A stretch of DNA of 41,464 nt from Methanobacterium sp. (lineage in GTDB: Archaea > Methanobacteriota > Methanobacteria > Methanobacteriales > Methanobacteriaceae): contig PMWA01000104.1 of the NCBI GenBank assembly GCA_003166335.1, positions 6,918 to 48,381 on the forward strand, written 5' to 3'. The notes under the pieces were generated by a model. The model was not told the DNA's origin. It worked only from the letters and a program-made list of their open reading frames with translations, and did not search any database. Every line of letters starts with the position of its first letter. Within the stretch, counting starts at the first letter, position 1. The translations under genes were made by a program, and so were the position numbers. Shown here piece by piece: positions 39,636-41,464 of this stretch.

Positions 39636-40547
39636 TCATTCGGGTATTGCAAGATCCTTTACGCCTTTTTTAGAGGGTACTGCATCGGAATAGTAACGTT
39701 TTATCATACTTTTTACTAGATGAACTTGTCTAATCCGTTCTGATGCCTCTTTTTCAGTGGTTTCATATCCATGATGTTTTACTATGGCGCCTCCAGTTTT
39801 AAGATAAACCGGGGCAGTGACTCTTATAATCTCCGGAACTTCGTAATGTCTTATAAAACCTCCCGAAGATTTGGGATTTTCTGTATGAATATCAATAGAT
39901 ATATTTATAGCATTTCTTAGAGAAGCCATCATGTTTAACTGCAAATCTCTAACCGGGTTGAATGAATCAGCACCTATATTCTCTAACAACTTTGCAGAAG
40001 CTGGATTGCCATGACCTGTATGTGCGGAAATCTTAAAATGCATATTATCAGAGATTTCACCAGCGTCTCTCATTTTACCAAGAACCCAGAGTAATCCCTC
40101 ATCATAGACAACTATACCTCGAACTCCTAATTCTGCCGCTCTTTTCACATCCTCTAACGCATATAGAAGATTTTCATAACCTCTTAGACGATAACCTATT
40201 CTAGCTCCCTCCGAAGTTTGAGCGGAGGCACTAGTATCATAGGTAGCACGTGGTCCGACACTTAAAAAAAGCTCTATTTTATTATTTATAGCGATTTCTA
40301 CCATTTCTTCTATTTCAGAGTCAGTTAAAAGCATTATGCCTTTGGTTTGTGTCACTCGGTGCACTGTAACGTCATATTCCTCAGCTGCATCCAGTAGAGC
40401 TGCCATTGGTCCTGGTTTTTGAATTCCAGGCACTTCAAATCTGTACTGTGCACCATCAGGAAATCTCTTGATAGAATCTTCAAATTGATAATTACTTTTT
40501 TCAATTCCTATAGATTGGAGAAAATCTGGAGTCCGCATTTTCATCAT
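39636..40547 (-). CDS. U32-peptidase-like TIM-barrel protein lacking cysteines
   Basis: FPDGAQYRFE, GVRGIVVYDEG, FKISAH.GHGNP, GADSFN..RDL, PVYLKTG. Confidence 0.7.
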   Translation of the reverse strand: MMKMRTPDFLQSIGIEKSNYQFEDSIKRFPDGAQYRFEVPGIQKPGPMAALLDAAEEYDVTVHRVTQTKGIMLLTDSEIEEMVEIAINNKIELFLSVGPRATYDTSASAQTSEGARIGYRLRGYENLLYALEDVKRAAELGVRGIVVYDEGLLWVLGKMRDAGEISDNMHFKISAHTGHGNPASAKLLENIGADSFNPVRDLQLNMMASLRNAINISIDIHTENPKSSGGFIRHYEVPEIIRVTAPVYLKTGGAIVKHHGYETTEKEASERIRQVHLVKSMIKRYYSDAVPSKKGVKDLAIPE

Positions 40548-40607
40548 TAACCCGTTTTATTAATCTTTTATTTATTATATATCTTCAAAATTAAGTTTTA
40601 TTCAAAT

Positions 40608-41464
40608 TCATTTGTTATTATTTAATTGATTATTGAATGTCTTCATAAAGTCATTCATTTTATGTGATTCCAGGTTATCTATTCCTCTTAAGACTTCTAT
40701 TTTTATATTTGGATTCAAATCACTGAATTTTTTGATTATATCTGTTTTATTTAAGGGATTTTCAGGTTCACCGTAAGCTAAATCAATGGTTTTCTCGTAT
40801 GATCTACTTTTAGTGTTTATTGTAATAGTGGCAGGCCTTTTATCAGGATAAAGCAAATCAAAGTCTTCAGAATATTCTATAAATATCTTTTTAGATATTT
40901 CTTCAATTTCTTTACTGTTTTGATTTAAATTGAGATTATCTAATCTTAAATCTTTTTTTAAAACTGCAATAGCTAACGATACTGGTAAACTCTGTTTAAG
41001 AGCTTCAATGGTATAAGGATGATAATTATCATGTTCTGCAGCGATTTTATAAGTTTTTACAGTTATATCTAGAATTTCTTCTATTTCCAAATCTCGATTA
41101 TTTTCATTGATTATATGGAGCATAGCATCTATGCTGGAATGTAAATGTCTGCAAACAGGATAAATCTTAAAATAAATCTCTAAAATTTTAAATATATCCA
41201 TATCACATTTTATTTTTTTATAGTTGATATCAGCCATAGCATTCAAAAATCCTTCATCACCTTCCAATATAGTTTCAGCACCTGTAAATCCTCTTTGTGC
41301 CAGTAAAGCAGATAATACACCTGATTGAGCTGCTCTTCCAGTATGTAAATGTTTTCCCATAGATCCGCAGTGATCAGTTTCTAGAAGACCTGCTGCTTGT
41401 GTTCCAGCAAGTCCCAAAGCATTAATAATCTGATCCTTATCTAGATCCAGAGCTTTAGATGCAG
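40608..41464 (-). CDS. MmgE/PrpD family protein (5' end outside window)
   Basis: ALGLAGTQAAGL, K.LH.GRAA..GV.SA.LA..GFTG, KIYPVCRHLH, SLP, GEPENPL. Confidence 0.92.
   Translation of the reverse strand, partial: ASKALDLDKDQIINALGLAGTQAAGLLETDHCGSMGKHLHTGRAAQSGVLSALLAQRGFTGAETILEGDEGFLNAMADINYKKIKCDMDIFKILEIYFKIYPVCRHLHSSIDAMLHIINENNRDLEIEEILDITVKTYKIAAEHDNYHPYTIEALKQSLPVSLAIAVLKKDLRLDNLNLNQNSKEIEEISKKIFIEYSEDFDLLYPDKRPATITINTKSRSYEKTIDLAYGEPENPLNKTDIIKKFSDLNPNIKIEVLRGIDNLESHKMNDFMKTFNNQLNNNK

Overview
AT-rich archaeal chromosome segment; gene content, GGAGGTGA-type ribosome-binding sites (SD), TATA promoters, an A1-U72 tRNA-Gln and an A1AO-ATP synthase with a duplicated c subunit point to a Methanobacteriales methanogen, probably Methanobacterium (inference). 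The left ~24 kb mixes housekeeping and accessory genes: inositol-1-phosphate synthase, tandem DUF2769 genes, an MBL-rhodanese fusion, an ABC-2 exporter, an MFS-PstS operon, DUF998/TetR, ORFans, three decayed pseudogenes, two genes split by single homopolymer indels, and an ADP-forming acetyl-CoA synthetase. The right part is core genome: a stand-alone Cas4-like nuclease, tRNA-Gln(UUG), an ATP-grasp ligase, PAP2, DUF61, the full atpHIKECFABD operon with an appended DUF22 gene, and a four-gene cluster (PrpD, Cys-free U32-like, lone fumarase-alpha-like, citrate-synthase-like) that looks like an unassigned polycarboxylate pathway. No CRISPR array, integrase, intact transposase or rRNA was seen. 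Several small genes missing from the ORF track were found, and two genes may start at ATT. All family calls come from motif recognition by eye; no searches were run.
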